The translations under genes were made by a program, and so were the position numbers. Positions 23,352-32,824 of a stretch of 64,000 nt of DNA are shown here, in pieces. The notes below the pieces were generated by a model, which saw nothing but the letters and a program-made list of their open reading frames with translations, did not search any database and was not told where the DNA came from. Source of the DNA: Escherichia phage vB_EcoM_R5505; the sequence record MK373786.1; one strand, 5' to 3'. The first letter of the stretch is position 1. Every line of letters begins with the position of its first letter.

Positions 23352-24316
23352 TGTATTCTTTAGAGGAATTTAATAATCAAGCAATAAACGCAGATTTCCA
23401 ACGTAATAATATGTTTAGCTGCGTTTTTGCGACAACTCCATCAACTAAAAGCTCTTCGTTGATAAGTTCAATTAGCAACTTTTCTTATAATAACTTGGGC
23501 CTAAATTCAGATTGGTTAGGATTGACTCAAGGTGATATTAATCAGGGAATTACCACGCTAATTACTGCTGGCACACAAAAACTGATAAGAAAATCAGGGG
23601 TTAGTAAATATCTTATTGGTGCCATGAGTCAACGTACAGTTCAAAGTTTATTAGGCTCATTTACAGTTGGTACATATTTAATTGACTTCTTTAATATGGC
23701 ATATAACTCATCTGGATTGATGATATATTCAGTAAAAATGCCAGAGAATAGATTATCCTATGAAACTGACTGGAACTATAATTCTCCTAATATTCGTATA
23801 ACTGGGAGAGAATTAGACCCTTTGGTTATTTCATTTAGAATGGATTCAGAAGCATGTAACTATCGTGCAATGCAAGACTGGGTTAACGCTGTTCAAGACC
23901 CAGTAACTGGATTACGCGCTTTGCCACAAGATGTCGAGGCAGATATTCAGGTTAATCTTCATTCTCGCAATGGATTACCTCATACTGCGGTGATGTTCAC
24001 AGGATGCATTCCAATATCAGTGAGCGCTCCCGAGTTATCATATGATGGAGATAACCAAATAACTACATTTGATGTTACTTTTGCGTACAGAGTGATGCAG
24101 GCTGGAGCAGTTGATAGGCAAGCTGCGCTTGAATGGCTTGAATCTGCTGCTATAAATGGTATTCAAAGCGTTCTCGGAAATAGTGGAGGTGTTACTGGAC
24201 TATCTAATTCGCTTTCACGACTTAGTAGATTAGGAGGGACTGCTGGAAGCATTTCAAACATTAATACTATGACAGGAATTGTTAATTCGCAGAGTAAAAT
24301 ATTAGGAGCAATATAA
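23351..24316 (+). CDS. 54: Baseplate tail tube initiator
   Basis: 321 aa (T4 gp54 about 320); followed by hairpin terminator. Confidence 0.9.
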   Translation: MYSLEEFNNQAINADFQRNNMFSCVFATTPSTKSSSLISSISNFSYNNLGLNSDWLGLTQGDINQGITTLITAGTQKLIRKSGVSKYLIGAMSQRTVQSLLGSFTVGTYLIDFFNMAYNSSGLMIYSVKMPENRLSYETDWNYNSPNIRITGRELDPLVISFRMDSEACNYRAMQDWVNAVQDPVTGLRALPQDVEADIQVNLHSRNGLPHTAVMFTGCIPISVSAPELSYDGDNQITTFDVTFAYRVMQAGAVDRQAALEWLESAAINGIQSVLGNSGGVTGLSNSLSRLSRLGGTAGSISNINTMTGIVNSQSKILGAI

Positions 24317-24320
24317 CAAT

Positions 24321-24337
24321 GGGGACCTTTCGGTCCC
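24321..24337 (+). terminator. Hairpin terminator after gene 54
   Basis: ggggacc-tttc-ggtcccc followed by atatttttattt. Confidence 0.7.
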
Positions 24338-24344
24338 CATATTT

Positions 24345-24635
24345 TTATTTACGGAATGAAATGAAAGCAGAAACTGAAGCAACTAAACTGTCTTCAATAT
24401 AAACTTCAATTTTTACCGGAGCTTCTGACTCGAATTTACCTGTTACTACACCTTGGAAAATACTTTCAGTTTGTTCTGGCTTTGAAAAATTTTCAGAAGG
24501 AAAAATTCCGAACTTTTTATCTGTTCCAAAAATTTTGATAAATTCATCATAAACTGCTTCATTAAAAGCATTATCAGCAGGAATAACGCCTTCAACTACA
24601 AGTTCTTGACCTAAAAAGCGCAAAGAAGATTTCAT
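24345..24635 (-). CDS. Hypothetical protein (position of T4 alt.-3)
   Basis: 96-aa ORF directly downstream of an early-promoter/stem-loop element. Confidence 0.6.
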   Translation of the reverse strand: MKSSLRFLGQELVVEGVIPADNAFNEAVYDEFIKIFGTDKKFGIFPSENFSKPEQTESIFQGVVTGKFESEAPVKIEVYIEDSLVASVSAFISFRK

Positions 24636-24643
24636 TTTGTGTT

Positions 24644-24696
24644 CCTCATGTTATGTCAGTAAGACTACTATAACACAACACGAGGGACTTGTAAAC
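24644..24696 (-). promoter_or_regulatory. Early promoter embedded in a stem-loop (53-bp element, copy 1)
   Basis: Minus strand GTTTACA-(17)-TGTTATAGT; 9-bp inverted repeat cctcatgtt/aacacgagg; 51/53 identical to 39971-40023. Confidence 0.6.
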
Positions 24697-26753
24697 TACA
24701 TCTTGAACTTTTTAGACATTCCGTTGATGTTAACCAAAGAAGCCAAGATTTGAGAAACTTCGTTTTCCTCTTCTTTTGATTCTTCTACAAGGAATTGATT
24801 AAATCCAGCCATTGGACGAACTTCACCAGTTTCCATTAAATGGTCGCCATCATATACTGATTCTTCTAATTGTTCAGAAGGAGGAACGATTGTACCTTCG
24901 ATTAGATACTTGTTATAAGCAGTTTCTTTCATAAAGTACGTACTTACTTTATTAATCTTCAGTAAAATTCCACGCGGTAGAATAACTTCAGCTTCTGATG
25001 GAAATCCTGATAAATGACCTGGAACGATAACTTTGATTCGCTCAGCTCCTTTAATTACCATACCCACGCTAGTTTCAGCATCTTCAATGGCATATGTAGA
25101 ATGACTACCCATATGCATTAAATCTTCTGCATCAACGGAACCTTCTCCTTCGCCAGAAAATACTGCGCCGGAATCATCTAGAGCCATATAGTTTTTACCA
25201 TGCTCACCGAAGATATTTGGTTTAAGTGATGTCGATACGAAGTTCTTGAAATAGAACATTTTGTTTTCAATGTTATGACGCAAAGTTTTAAAGGTAACTT
25301 CTTGTCCACGGTAAAGTGTAGTTCCTGGAGGAAGAACTGATCCTTTGGCAAAGGCAGAATCCAACGTCTCGATGTGCTTAATAGCTCGTTCCATATATTC
25401 TTCACGGGTAGAATCTGGTTTACCCAAAAGGAACGAGTTCATTTCAACATATGAATCTGCACAATAATCTTCAATTACATCAGATTCAGCTTGGGTTAAT
25501 CCTTTTGGAGTTACTTCGGTGCTTGCGTATTCATATGCCTGGGCAGCAGATTCATTAATCAATTTATAAATGCCATTCATGACAAATTGAATAATAGCTG
25601 TCTTTTCATCTGGCGTAGCTTTAGAACCTTTAACTAAATCATTAATAATTTTCTTAATAACATCAAAGCTATTAGAAATATTAATGTCAGCAAGATCGCT
25701 TAAAATTTTATCAGTTTTATAATCAAAGAATTCTTTATTCTTTAAATATTCTTGAGAACCTTGATATGTTATATCGCTCTGCAACTTGATAGATGGATCA
25801 CGTAAACGTGCATGGGCTAATGCAATATGATTTCGGAAGTTTTCTAGTTCATAATCGTTAGATTTAAAACGAGAAGCACTTCTCATACCACCGATAGCTC
25901 CTTTGCTAAAGTTTGAACCAATCTGGATAACCCCGGAGTTCATCGGACCTTCTGCTTTATATACCGGAACTTTAGATTCAAACTCTTGATATTTCTTGGC
26001 AGCGAAGCTATCACCCTGAAGTGAAGCATCAACAGTAGAATATTGAGCTTGTGCTGCTAATCGACGACTAATTTTAGTTTTCTGAATAACAGCTTGATCA
26101 GTGCGCTTATCATTTTCTAAAGCAATAGAAGCAGCAACAGCGACAGCTTTAGGAACAGCATTACCTGTTTTAACGTCTACATAAACATCACCAACCTTTG
26201 ATTCAACTTTTGTGAATAACTCAGTTGAAATAGGAGGTACACCTGGAATGTCTTCTAAATTGGCATTTTTACGGTAAACCATAATATATGCATACTTTTT
26301 ATCATAGTCCCAGATTTCCTTTAAAAGAACATATCGACCTGCTCCTTTAGTACGTACTAAACGGTCAGCAATAACTTGCATTTGACGAGCTGCGCCATTT
26401 GTTTTACTCTTTAGTACACGGAATAAGCACGCGTCAATTTTGTACTGCTTCATTGTTTGAAGAGCAGTATCAAAAACAGCATTAATGACGCCAATTGGAT
26501 TTCCACCCAAGTTTCTAAGCTTAACCAGCGATAATTTCTCGTTGACACCTATCATTACGATATGCATCATTTTATCGCCTGGTTTAACGTTTTTATTTGT
26601 ATCACCACCAGAGGTGTATGTACAAAATCTAAATCCAGGAAGAACGCTTTCTTCACCGGCTTGAATAGCAAAAATTTGAGGTATTTTATGCTTAGGATTT
26701 AAGTTAACAACCGGCGCCGAAGCGCCGTCAAATAATTCTGTAATAAGTTCCAT
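24696..26753 (-). CDS. Alt-family ADP-ribosyltransferase paralog (downstream copy)
   Basis: 685 aa; N-terminus MELITELFD... and C-terminal ART motifs (YRGQ, FVSTSL, EAEVILPRG) shared with the adjacent paralog; middle region divergent. Confidence 0.85.
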   Translation of the reverse strand: MELITELFDGASAPVVNLNPKHKIPQIFAIQAGEESVLPGFRFCTYTSGGDTNKNVKPGDKMMHIVMIGVNEKLSLVKLRNLGGNPIGVINAVFDTALQTMKQYKIDACLFRVLKSKTNGAARQMQVIADRLVRTKGAGRYVLLKEIWDYDKKYAYIMVYRKNANLEDIPGVPPISTELFTKVESKVGDVYVDVKTGNAVPKAVAVAASIALENDKRTDQAVIQKTKISRRLAAQAQYSTVDASLQGDSFAAKKYQEFESKVPVYKAEGPMNSGVIQIGSNFSKGAIGGMRSASRFKSNDYELENFRNHIALAHARLRDPSIKLQSDITYQGSQEYLKNKEFFDYKTDKILSDLADINISNSFDVIKKIINDLVKGSKATPDEKTAIIQFVMNGIYKLINESAAQAYEYASTEVTPKGLTQAESDVIEDYCADSYVEMNSFLLGKPDSTREEYMERAIKHIETLDSAFAKGSVLPPGTTLYRGQEVTFKTLRHNIENKMFYFKNFVSTSLKPNIFGEHGKNYMALDDSGAVFSGEGEGSVDAEDLMHMGSHSTYAIEDAETSVGMVIKGAERIKVIVPGHLSGFPSEAEVILPRGILLKINKVSTYFMKETAYNKYLIEGTIVPPSEQLEESVYDGDHLMETGEVRPMAGFNQFLVEESKEEENEVSQILASLVNINGMSKKFKM

Positions 26754-26756
26754 GAT

Positions 26757-28847
26757 TTATCCTTGAACGAACTTGTAAGGCATGTTTGTAATATCTATGC
26801 AAGACGCAATAATTCCAAGAGATGATTCTACTTTCTGTTTAACATTTGATGAAACAAATGATGCAAAGTCAACTCTATCTTCTATATCACCTGTCATTGC
26901 AACTACTTCGCCGGTTTCCATTAAACGGTCACCGTCATAAATTACCGATTCGGTGAGTTCTTCTGTGGTCATAACTTCAGCTTGAATGAGTTTTGTATTA
27001 TTAGACGTGGTTCCGTCATTATTAGAAGCATCAGTTATTTTATTAACTTTAACCATCAATCCGCGCGGTAGAATAACTTCAGCTTCTGTTGCTATTCCTA
27101 GACTTCCTGGATATACAACATTAACTTTATGTGCGCCGTCAATTGCCCATCCTATTTGAACTTTAACGTATTCAGGATTTTCTTTATACGCTCTTATTTC
27201 GTTTGGATTAATAGTTATTCCTTCTTCATTTTTATCAACTGTCAATTCATTACGAGCTTCTGGTTCTAAAAGACCAATACCAGCATGTGTAATTCCAAAA
27301 CGCCCAAAAATGATAGGAGTTAAAGAAGTAGATACAAAATTTCTGAAATAGAACACTTTATTTTTAACTAGCGCTTCGTATATAGGAGCAGTCATACTTT
27401 GAGCACGATAAACTGTAATGCCTTCCGGTATGCGGTCACCATTTTCAAAAGCTGAATCTAAATTATTTATAGCAGATTCAATTTCTTTTTCACTCATTAC
27501 ATCATATCGTTCTGGATTGTAACGACCTAAAAGAAGATTATTGATGTCAGTATATCCTGAACCACAATACTCTCTAATGCCGCGCTTTTGTGATGGAGTA
27601 TATTTAGAACCATCACGAGCAATAGTAATATCAATCATTGGACCTGCACCAATTCCGGAAAAGCTATAAATCATTCGTTTGAGGAATTTAGTTTTTGCTG
27701 CGTTCCAGGAATTTTTAGTTATTTCTTCCCAGACTTCATCTGGTTGCCCTTTACGAGTTTTATTATGTTTATCAAGCCAATTATCTTTATATTCTTCAAA
27801 GAATTTATTAATAGCTGCTGCGTATTTCTCTAAACATTTTATTGAAGTAGTTGGTTCATTTTTTATCGCGTTAAAAATTACATCTTTAATTTTTTCGGAA
27901 ACTTCATCAACCTCACTTTTTGAAAAGAATTTATAGTCATAGTGAAGTTCATTCGCAGTTCCTTCGGCAATAATTTTTGCTGCCTTAGTTTTAGAAGCTA
28001 ATGAATTAATTCCAAGCTTCATTTCTTCTGCTTCGGGAATTAAAGGAGCGGTAGCGGGTTTATTGAAATTAGCTGCGGTAGATTCATACTTCTGAAATAA
28101 TTCACTTTCAAATCTAGAAGATTCCAATGACTGACTTTGTGCAATTGCTCTACGGGAAATTTTAACTTTAACGATTACAGCTTGATCAGAACGTTTATCA
28201 TTTTCTTGCGCAATAGATGCTGCAATTGCCTCATTTTTAGTTACTTGAGCTCCAGTATCTTTATTGATATAAACATCACCGACCTTCGATTCAACTTTAG
28301 TAAAGAGCTCGGTACTAATTTCCGGAACCCCTGGAATGTCTTCTAGTGATACATTTTTGCGATGTATAAGAATATATGCATACTTTTTATCGTAATCCCA
28401 GAGTTCCTTAAGAAGGACGTATCTGCCACCTGAACGACTACGGATAAGTCTATCAGCAATAACCTGAATTTGTCGAGCTTGACCAGCGGTTTTAGACTTA
28501 AGAATACGAAGCATACAGGCATCAATTTTATACTGACGCATTGTTTGCATTGCAACAGTAAAAACTGAATTGATATAATTAATTGGGCTTGAACCAAGAC
28601 CTTTCAATTTAGCAATTGAACCTTTAGCAGTTAATGTAAAAGGAACAATATGCATCATTTTATCGCCCATCTTTAAATCGCGATTAGTATCACCTCCAGA
28701 TGTATAGGTACATAAACGAAAGCCTGGTTGTTCAATTGCATCATCAACATGAACTGAAAAAATTTGTGGTATTTTCTTCTTTGGGTTTAAGTTTGTAATC
28801 GGAAGAGTAGTATCTTCGTCAAATAATTCTGTAATGAGTTCCATCAT
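26757..28847 (-). CDS. alt: Alt-family ADP-ribosyltransferase (upstream copy, probably the alt orthologue)
   Basis: 696 aa (695 from the second Met); R-S-ExE ART motifs YRAQ, FVSTSL, EAEVILPRG; minus-strand TATAAATA at 28868-28875 upstream; which paralog is canonical alt is not certain. Confidence 0.85.
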   Translation of the reverse strand: MMELITELFDEDTTLPITNLNPKKKIPQIFSVHVDDAIEQPGFRLCTYTSGGDTNRDLKMGDKMMHIVPFTLTAKGSIAKLKGLGSSPINYINSVFTVAMQTMRQYKIDACMLRILKSKTAGQARQIQVIADRLIRSRSGGRYVLLKELWDYDKKYAYILIHRKNVSLEDIPGVPEISTELFTKVESKVGDVYINKDTGAQVTKNEAIAASIAQENDKRSDQAVIVKVKISRRAIAQSQSLESSRFESELFQKYESTAANFNKPATAPLIPEAEEMKLGINSLASKTKAAKIIAEGTANELHYDYKFFSKSEVDEVSEKIKDVIFNAIKNEPTTSIKCLEKYAAAINKFFEEYKDNWLDKHNKTRKGQPDEVWEEITKNSWNAAKTKFLKRMIYSFSGIGAGPMIDITIARDGSKYTPSQKRGIREYCGSGYTDINNLLLGRYNPERYDVMSEKEIESAINNLDSAFENGDRIPEGITVYRAQSMTAPIYEALVKNKVFYFRNFVSTSLTPIIFGRFGITHAGIGLLEPEARNELTVDKNEEGITINPNEIRAYKENPEYVKVQIGWAIDGAHKVNVVYPGSLGIATEAEVILPRGLMVKVNKITDASNNDGTTSNNTKLIQAEVMTTEELTESVIYDGDRLMETGEVVAMTGDIEDRVDFASFVSSNVKQKVESSLGIIASCIDITNMPYKFVQG

Positions 28848-28867
28848 ATCCTCTCTAGTGTTTATTC

Positions 28868-28875
28868 TATTTATA
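28868..28875 (-). promoter_or_regulatory. Late promoter TATAAATA (alt paralogs)
   Basis: Plus TATTTATA 28868-28875, followed on the minus strand by GAGAGG RBS and the alt ATG. Confidence 0.6.
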
Positions 28876-28880
28876 AAATT

Positions 28881-28898
28881 AAAGGCCCGAAGGCCTTT
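28881..28898 (-). terminator. Hairpin between the ligase-coupled ORF and alt
   Basis: aaaggcc-cgaa-ggccttt, symmetric A/T flanks. Confidence 0.5.
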
Positions 28899-29085
28899 AA
28901 TAATCTATTGGTAAGAGAGTACGATATATTTCAAACTTTGGACCTTTTTCATAAGCATCAAAAGTTTCTGTGAATTTATTATAAGCATATGCATCTATAA
29001 ATTCAATCATGATTTGTGATACAGAAGTAGAAACATCTCCACCTTCTTTTTGAGCCACGACAATTGTTTCTAAGTAAGCTTTCAT
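28897..29085 (-). CDS. Hypothetical small protein translationally coupled to DNA ligase
   Basis: 62-aa ORF whose ATG overlaps the ligase TGA (ATGA); followed by a hairpin terminator. Confidence 0.5.
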   Translation of the reverse strand: MKAYLETIVVAQKEGGDVSTSVSQIMIEFIDAYAYNKFTETFDAYEKGPKFEIYRTLLPIDY

Positions 29086-30545
29086 AAACCAGTTACCTCA
29101 TGAAAATCACCAAATACATCCTCGAATGTATTAGCTTTAGTTTTATCTTCACGCAAACGAATCGCAATTGGAAGAAATAATTTAACGTAATCAGTGCGGC
29201 CATCGGATTTTAACCAACCGTTGCATTCGCACTCTAGAATTTTTCCAATATAATAATTTTGGTTTTCCATAATGCGAGTACGGTCAAGTTCATGTGATTT
29301 TACGCCGGCTTTATCTTTTAAGCCTGAACCGGCATTTACCTTAATTTTTCCACACTCTGACTCAAGAATAAATCCACCTGCTTTAGTAGGGTCTTTACGG
29401 TGAGGATAAATTCCTACAATTTTTAAATCAACATCAATTACTTCTTTAAATTTATAGAGATTTTTTGAACGAGCATTTTCCCATAATCCATCGATATTTT
29501 TGAGAATAATACCTTCAAGACCTTGGTCAATATACTTTTTATAAATTACCTTAGCTTCATCTAGGTTATTTACTACTTGGTTTTCAATTAAAATTACTTT
29601 ATCATATCCTGATGTCATTTGTTCTAATTTAGAAAAACGTACATCATATTTTAAACGAAATGCTGGAAGACCGTATATTTCTACCAACGGAACATAATCC
29701 CAGACCTGAAACTTCATGCATTGAGCTTCTTTTTCTGAAATAGTTCCCTTTAAAGATTTATTAGCGATTCCATTAGAAGTAGTACGTGATTCAGCTACTT
29801 CAGCAAACTCTTTAGCTTTACTAATTTCAGGATAAGCATCAAAAAGAAAATCTAGGCCTTCTGGCTCCTTTTTAACTTGCTCATGGTATACCAATTCGCC
29901 ATCAATTAACACACCTTCTGGATGAATCTGGCGGGCTTCAGCGGTCATTTTGATTAACTCTTCCTTAAGAAGATCTAATCCTAGATATTCATTACCAGCT
30001 CGTGATAAAAGACGGACATCATCTAATTCATCACCTCTAACTTCAGCAAAACACCGAGCTCCATCTGCTTTTAATTGTGCAAAGGCTGGAAATTTGATAT
30101 TCTTACTAATGCCTTTTTCATCATAAGAACTTGCGAGCATTTGAGGTTGTTCAGGAATTAAACCTGGCCAAACTTTGTTTGCAATAGATACTGAAGCACC
30201 ACATTCAAGGTCTCGCATCATCACTCGACGCAAAACTTCAACATCATCTTTTTTACCATCGGTGATATATCCAGATAATTCCTCAATTGCCGCATTTCCG
30301 GTCAATTTCCGAGTAGCTAACGTGAATTCAATGAAGTCAAGCATATCGGTAAGAGTCAACATTCCAAAACTCTGGGTAGCAATACCAGATTTAGGCCATT
30401 TCTTGATATAATACTGCAACCCACGAGAATAAGTCAGACGATATACTCGTTTAAGCAATTCATTATCTTTATTCTTTTCAAGAATTGCTTGCTTCTGCTT
30501 AGTTGAACCAATAGATGCTATTTCGTTCAGAATTTTAAGAATCAT
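29082..30545 (-). CDS. 30: ATP-dependent DNA ligase
   Basis: 487 aa as T4 DNA ligase; adenylation motif KADGAR. Confidence 0.95.
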   Translation of the reverse strand: MILKILNEIASIGSTKQKQAILEKNKDNELLKRVYRLTYSRGLQYYIKKWPKSGIATQSFGMLTLTDMLDFIEFTLATRKLTGNAAIEELSGYITDGKKDDVEVLRRVMMRDLECGASVSIANKVWPGLIPEQPQMLASSYDEKGISKNIKFPAFAQLKADGARCFAEVRGDELDDVRLLSRAGNEYLGLDLLKEELIKMTAEARQIHPEGVLIDGELVYHEQVKKEPEGLDFLFDAYPEISKAKEFAEVAESRTTSNGIANKSLKGTISEKEAQCMKFQVWDYVPLVEIYGLPAFRLKYDVRFSKLEQMTSGYDKVILIENQVVNNLDEAKVIYKKYIDQGLEGIILKNIDGLWENARSKNLYKFKEVIDVDLKIVGIYPHRKDPTKAGGFILESECGKIKVNAGSGLKDKAGVKSHELDRTRIMENQNYYIGKILECECNGWLKSDGRTDYVKLFLPIAIRLREDKTKANTFEDVFGDFHEVTGL

Positions 30546-30811
30546 TGTTCATCCTTTAGAGTTTGGTTTACAGCTCTATTATAAATCAATTCATCATTAA
30601 GCTCAGTCAAAGACCTATGGTACGTGGTTCTAACTTTATTTCCTTGCATCCAGTGCTTGACGTAAATGAAACCTTGCTCTACACATTTTTTAAAAATTCG
30701 TTCGTCTTTTTGAGCTCGGAATTCTGGATTGCATCTAAAAAATTGATTTACGTGACCGTAATCACGTGTAGTATTACCTTCATTTTCATAAATAGTGTGA
30801 ACAACAAACAT
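30542..30811 (-). CDS. Hypothetical protein (30.1 position)
   Basis: 89-aa ORF, start overlaps the upstream gene stop. Confidence 0.6.
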   Translation of the reverse strand: MFVVHTIYENEGNTTRDYGHVNQFFRCNPEFRAQKDERIFKKCVEQGFIYVKHWMQGNKVRTTYHRSLTELNDELIYNRAVNQTLKDEQ

Positions 30812-31647
30812 TAGAATGCTCCTTGGAAAATATTATCACCACTAGTAGGTCTATTATACAAATACTCTATGCCACCAGGTTTAATATAGTTCCATGTCTG
30901 AAACGGATGTGTCTGATATAGATGATATGGATTATAAGGATTAAATCCAGGAGTTCTCCAGGTAGTGTTCCAACGAAAAGAATCATTTTTAATCATCTTT
31001 TCAATTACATCTTTTATAGCTTTTTCACTATCAAAACTTTCTTTATTTTCCTTTGGTGAAAAAAGCTTATTCTCTACATCGTTCCATGTATAAACTCGCT
31101 GAGCGGTTTTTGGAATACTGTCACGTTCCCCTCGAGCCATCCAATACACAGGAACACGTAATATTTCACTCGCATGATCGCAGTGGTGAGCGAGATCGTC
31201 AATATAACAAATTACGTTATATTTCTCTTTTGCCTTTTTGAACAACTCTTCTTTTGAAGAATCATGACCACACATCATTACTTCTGAGAAGGCACCAGGA
31301 AAAAGAGCATTCAAATTAAATTGACGATTCAACAGAGCGTCAATAGAATCACCCAATGCTGTAACAGCTACAAAATTATAATCTTCTTTTAATTTGTTAA
31401 TTACACACAGGGCATCTTTATATGGAGACAAGTAACGAATAAAATCTGAACGATTGTATTTTTCAATTAGCTTAACGCCAAGCTCTTCATCGCAATTAAA
31501 TAGTTTACCTGGAGAGATAAATTTCTCATCTTGGATCATTTTTAAAATATGTTCCAACGGAAGATTATATTTCTGAGCAAAATAAGGAAGACCTGATTGC
31601 CAGCTTAAACATACTCCATCAATATCAGTTAAAATAGTAGGCTTCAT
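30811..31647 (-). CDS. HAD-superfamily hydrolase-like protein (30.2 position)
   Basis: 278 aa; N-terminal DIDGV motif typical of HAD phosphatases. Confidence 0.65.
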   Translation of the reverse strand: MKPTILTDIDGVCLSWQSGLPYFAQKYNLPLEHILKMIQDEKFISPGKLFNCDEELGVKLIEKYNRSDFIRYLSPYKDALCVINKLKEDYNFVAVTALGDSIDALLNRQFNLNALFPGAFSEVMMCGHDSSKEELFKKAKEKYNVICYIDDLAHHCDHASEILRVPVYWMARGERDSIPKTAQRVYTWNDVENKLFSPKENKESFDSEKAIKDVIEKMIKNDSFRWNTTWRTPGFNPYNPYHLYQTHPFQTWNYIKPGGIEYLYNRPTSGDNIFQGAF

Positions 31648-32108
31648 AGAGAGTCTCTTAATAGGTTTAACACATCAATAAATTCAGCTTCGGTTAGTAT
31701 TGTATCATCTTTTGTTAGACCACTAGCCATGCTGTGCTTCAAAACTTTTCCTTTCGAGGCTTGTAATGCATCACGAAAGCCCTTGTTTTGGATCGCTGCT
31801 TCAAAATATGCATTTGTGTATAATTCTTTCCACGCCGGGGAGTATCTTGAAAACGGAACTCCAATCCAGAAGAGGGTCCCACGGTCCTGAGCTCTAGCAT
31901 AAGACCTTCCAGCTTGTTGGGCGGCAAGCCCGGATAACCCAAATATACGACGTTGTTGTTCAACATTTTTCACCTTACACCCTTGGAGGAATCCTTCAAG
32001 ACCTCCAAATTGAATACCATCCATAACGAAAGGCCATTGGGCGAAATTACTTAATGCGCATGATGGCCATCTAAAATTACTTCTAATCTCTAACTCAGAC
32101 ATTTTCAA
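31644..32108 (-). CDS. YbiA-like (DUF1768) putative N-glycosidase (30.3 position)
   Basis: 154 aa; LSNF...W motif near the N-terminus as in the YbiA/DUF1768 family. Confidence 0.6.
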   Translation of the reverse strand: MKMSELEIRSNFRWPSCALSNFAQWPFVMDGIQFGGLEGFLQGCKVKNVEQQRRIFGLSGLAAQQAGRSYARAQDRGTLFWIGVPFSRYSPAWKELYTNAYFEAAIQNKGFRDALQASKGKVLKHSMASGLTKDDTILTEAEFIDVLNLLRDSL

Positions 32109-32301
32109 TGCTTATAATTTCAACATCAGCCCAATGACCATAGCAAGGAAGACGAAATTCAACTGGCCAGTTAGGGTCCTTTTCTAATATAATAGACTTA
32201 ACTTGTGGTTCTTCGTGTTCATCAGTATACGGATTTTTATCTGTTACTTTATATGTGACCTTAATGTACTGAATTCCAAAAATCTTATTAATTATATTCA
32301 T
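32095..32301 (-). CDS. Hypothetical protein
   Basis: 68-aa ORF in a tightly packed co-oriented array. Confidence 0.5.
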   Translation of the reverse strand: MNIINKIFGIQYIKVTYKVTDKNPYTDEHEEPQVKSIILEKDPNWPVEFRLPCYGHWADVEIISIENV

Positions 32302-32495
32302 ACTAATTCCTTTAATCCGTAGATAGGAGATAATTCATCACCCATACGAAGGTCTTCATTTCCATCTACCCAGGAAACAATATAAGCCTCTTTTATTTGA
32401 ATACCACTCCATTTAAATGGAGGTAGAACCTTAGAAATTAATCCAGGTATACCAACTCCCTTTAATTCAACGGTTTGACCTAAAAAGAATTTCAT
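32298..32495 (-). CDS. Hypothetical protein
   Basis: 65-aa ORF, ATGA-type coupling to neighbours. Confidence 0.5.
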   Translation of the reverse strand: MKFFLGQTVELKGVGIPGLISKVLPPFKWSGIQIKEAYIVSWVDGNEDLRMGDELSPIYGLKELV

Positions 32496-32782
32496 TAAAA
32501 CCTCATCTGAAAACCATGCGATTTAACGTTACCACCGCCAATATCAGAAATATTAATTTCACGCGCAATTGAAGGGTCAATGTCAATTTCACGATTGAGT
32601 TTAGTGATAGCTAAAGTATCGCGCCCATTTACAGTACGGAACTCTAAAGGACAAACCACATCAACGTAGTTTTTAATCGATTCACTAGTAGGCTGCAAAT
32701 GAGCAGGAAGGTCTTTAGGCGCCTTTGAGAAAACCACTTCACAGAAATTTTTGCGGGTATCAAAATAAGTAGTCATAAACAT
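32495..32782 (-). CDS. Hypothetical protein
   Basis: 95-aa ORF preceded by terminator hairpin 32800-32813. Confidence 0.55.
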   Translation of the reverse strand: MFMTTYFDTRKNFCEVVFSKAPKDLPAHLQPTSESIKNYVDVVCPLEFRTVNGRDTLAITKLNREIDIDPSIAREINISDIGGGNVKSHGFQMRF

Positions 32783-32799
32783 AATATTTTCCTCAGTAA

Positions 32800-32813
32800 G
32801 GGGCCGAAGCCCC
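32800..32813 (-). terminator. Hairpin ggggccgaagcccc
   Basis: GC stem with tetraloop between two small minus-strand ORFs. Confidence 0.5.
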
Positions 32814-32824
32814 TCATTTTATTT

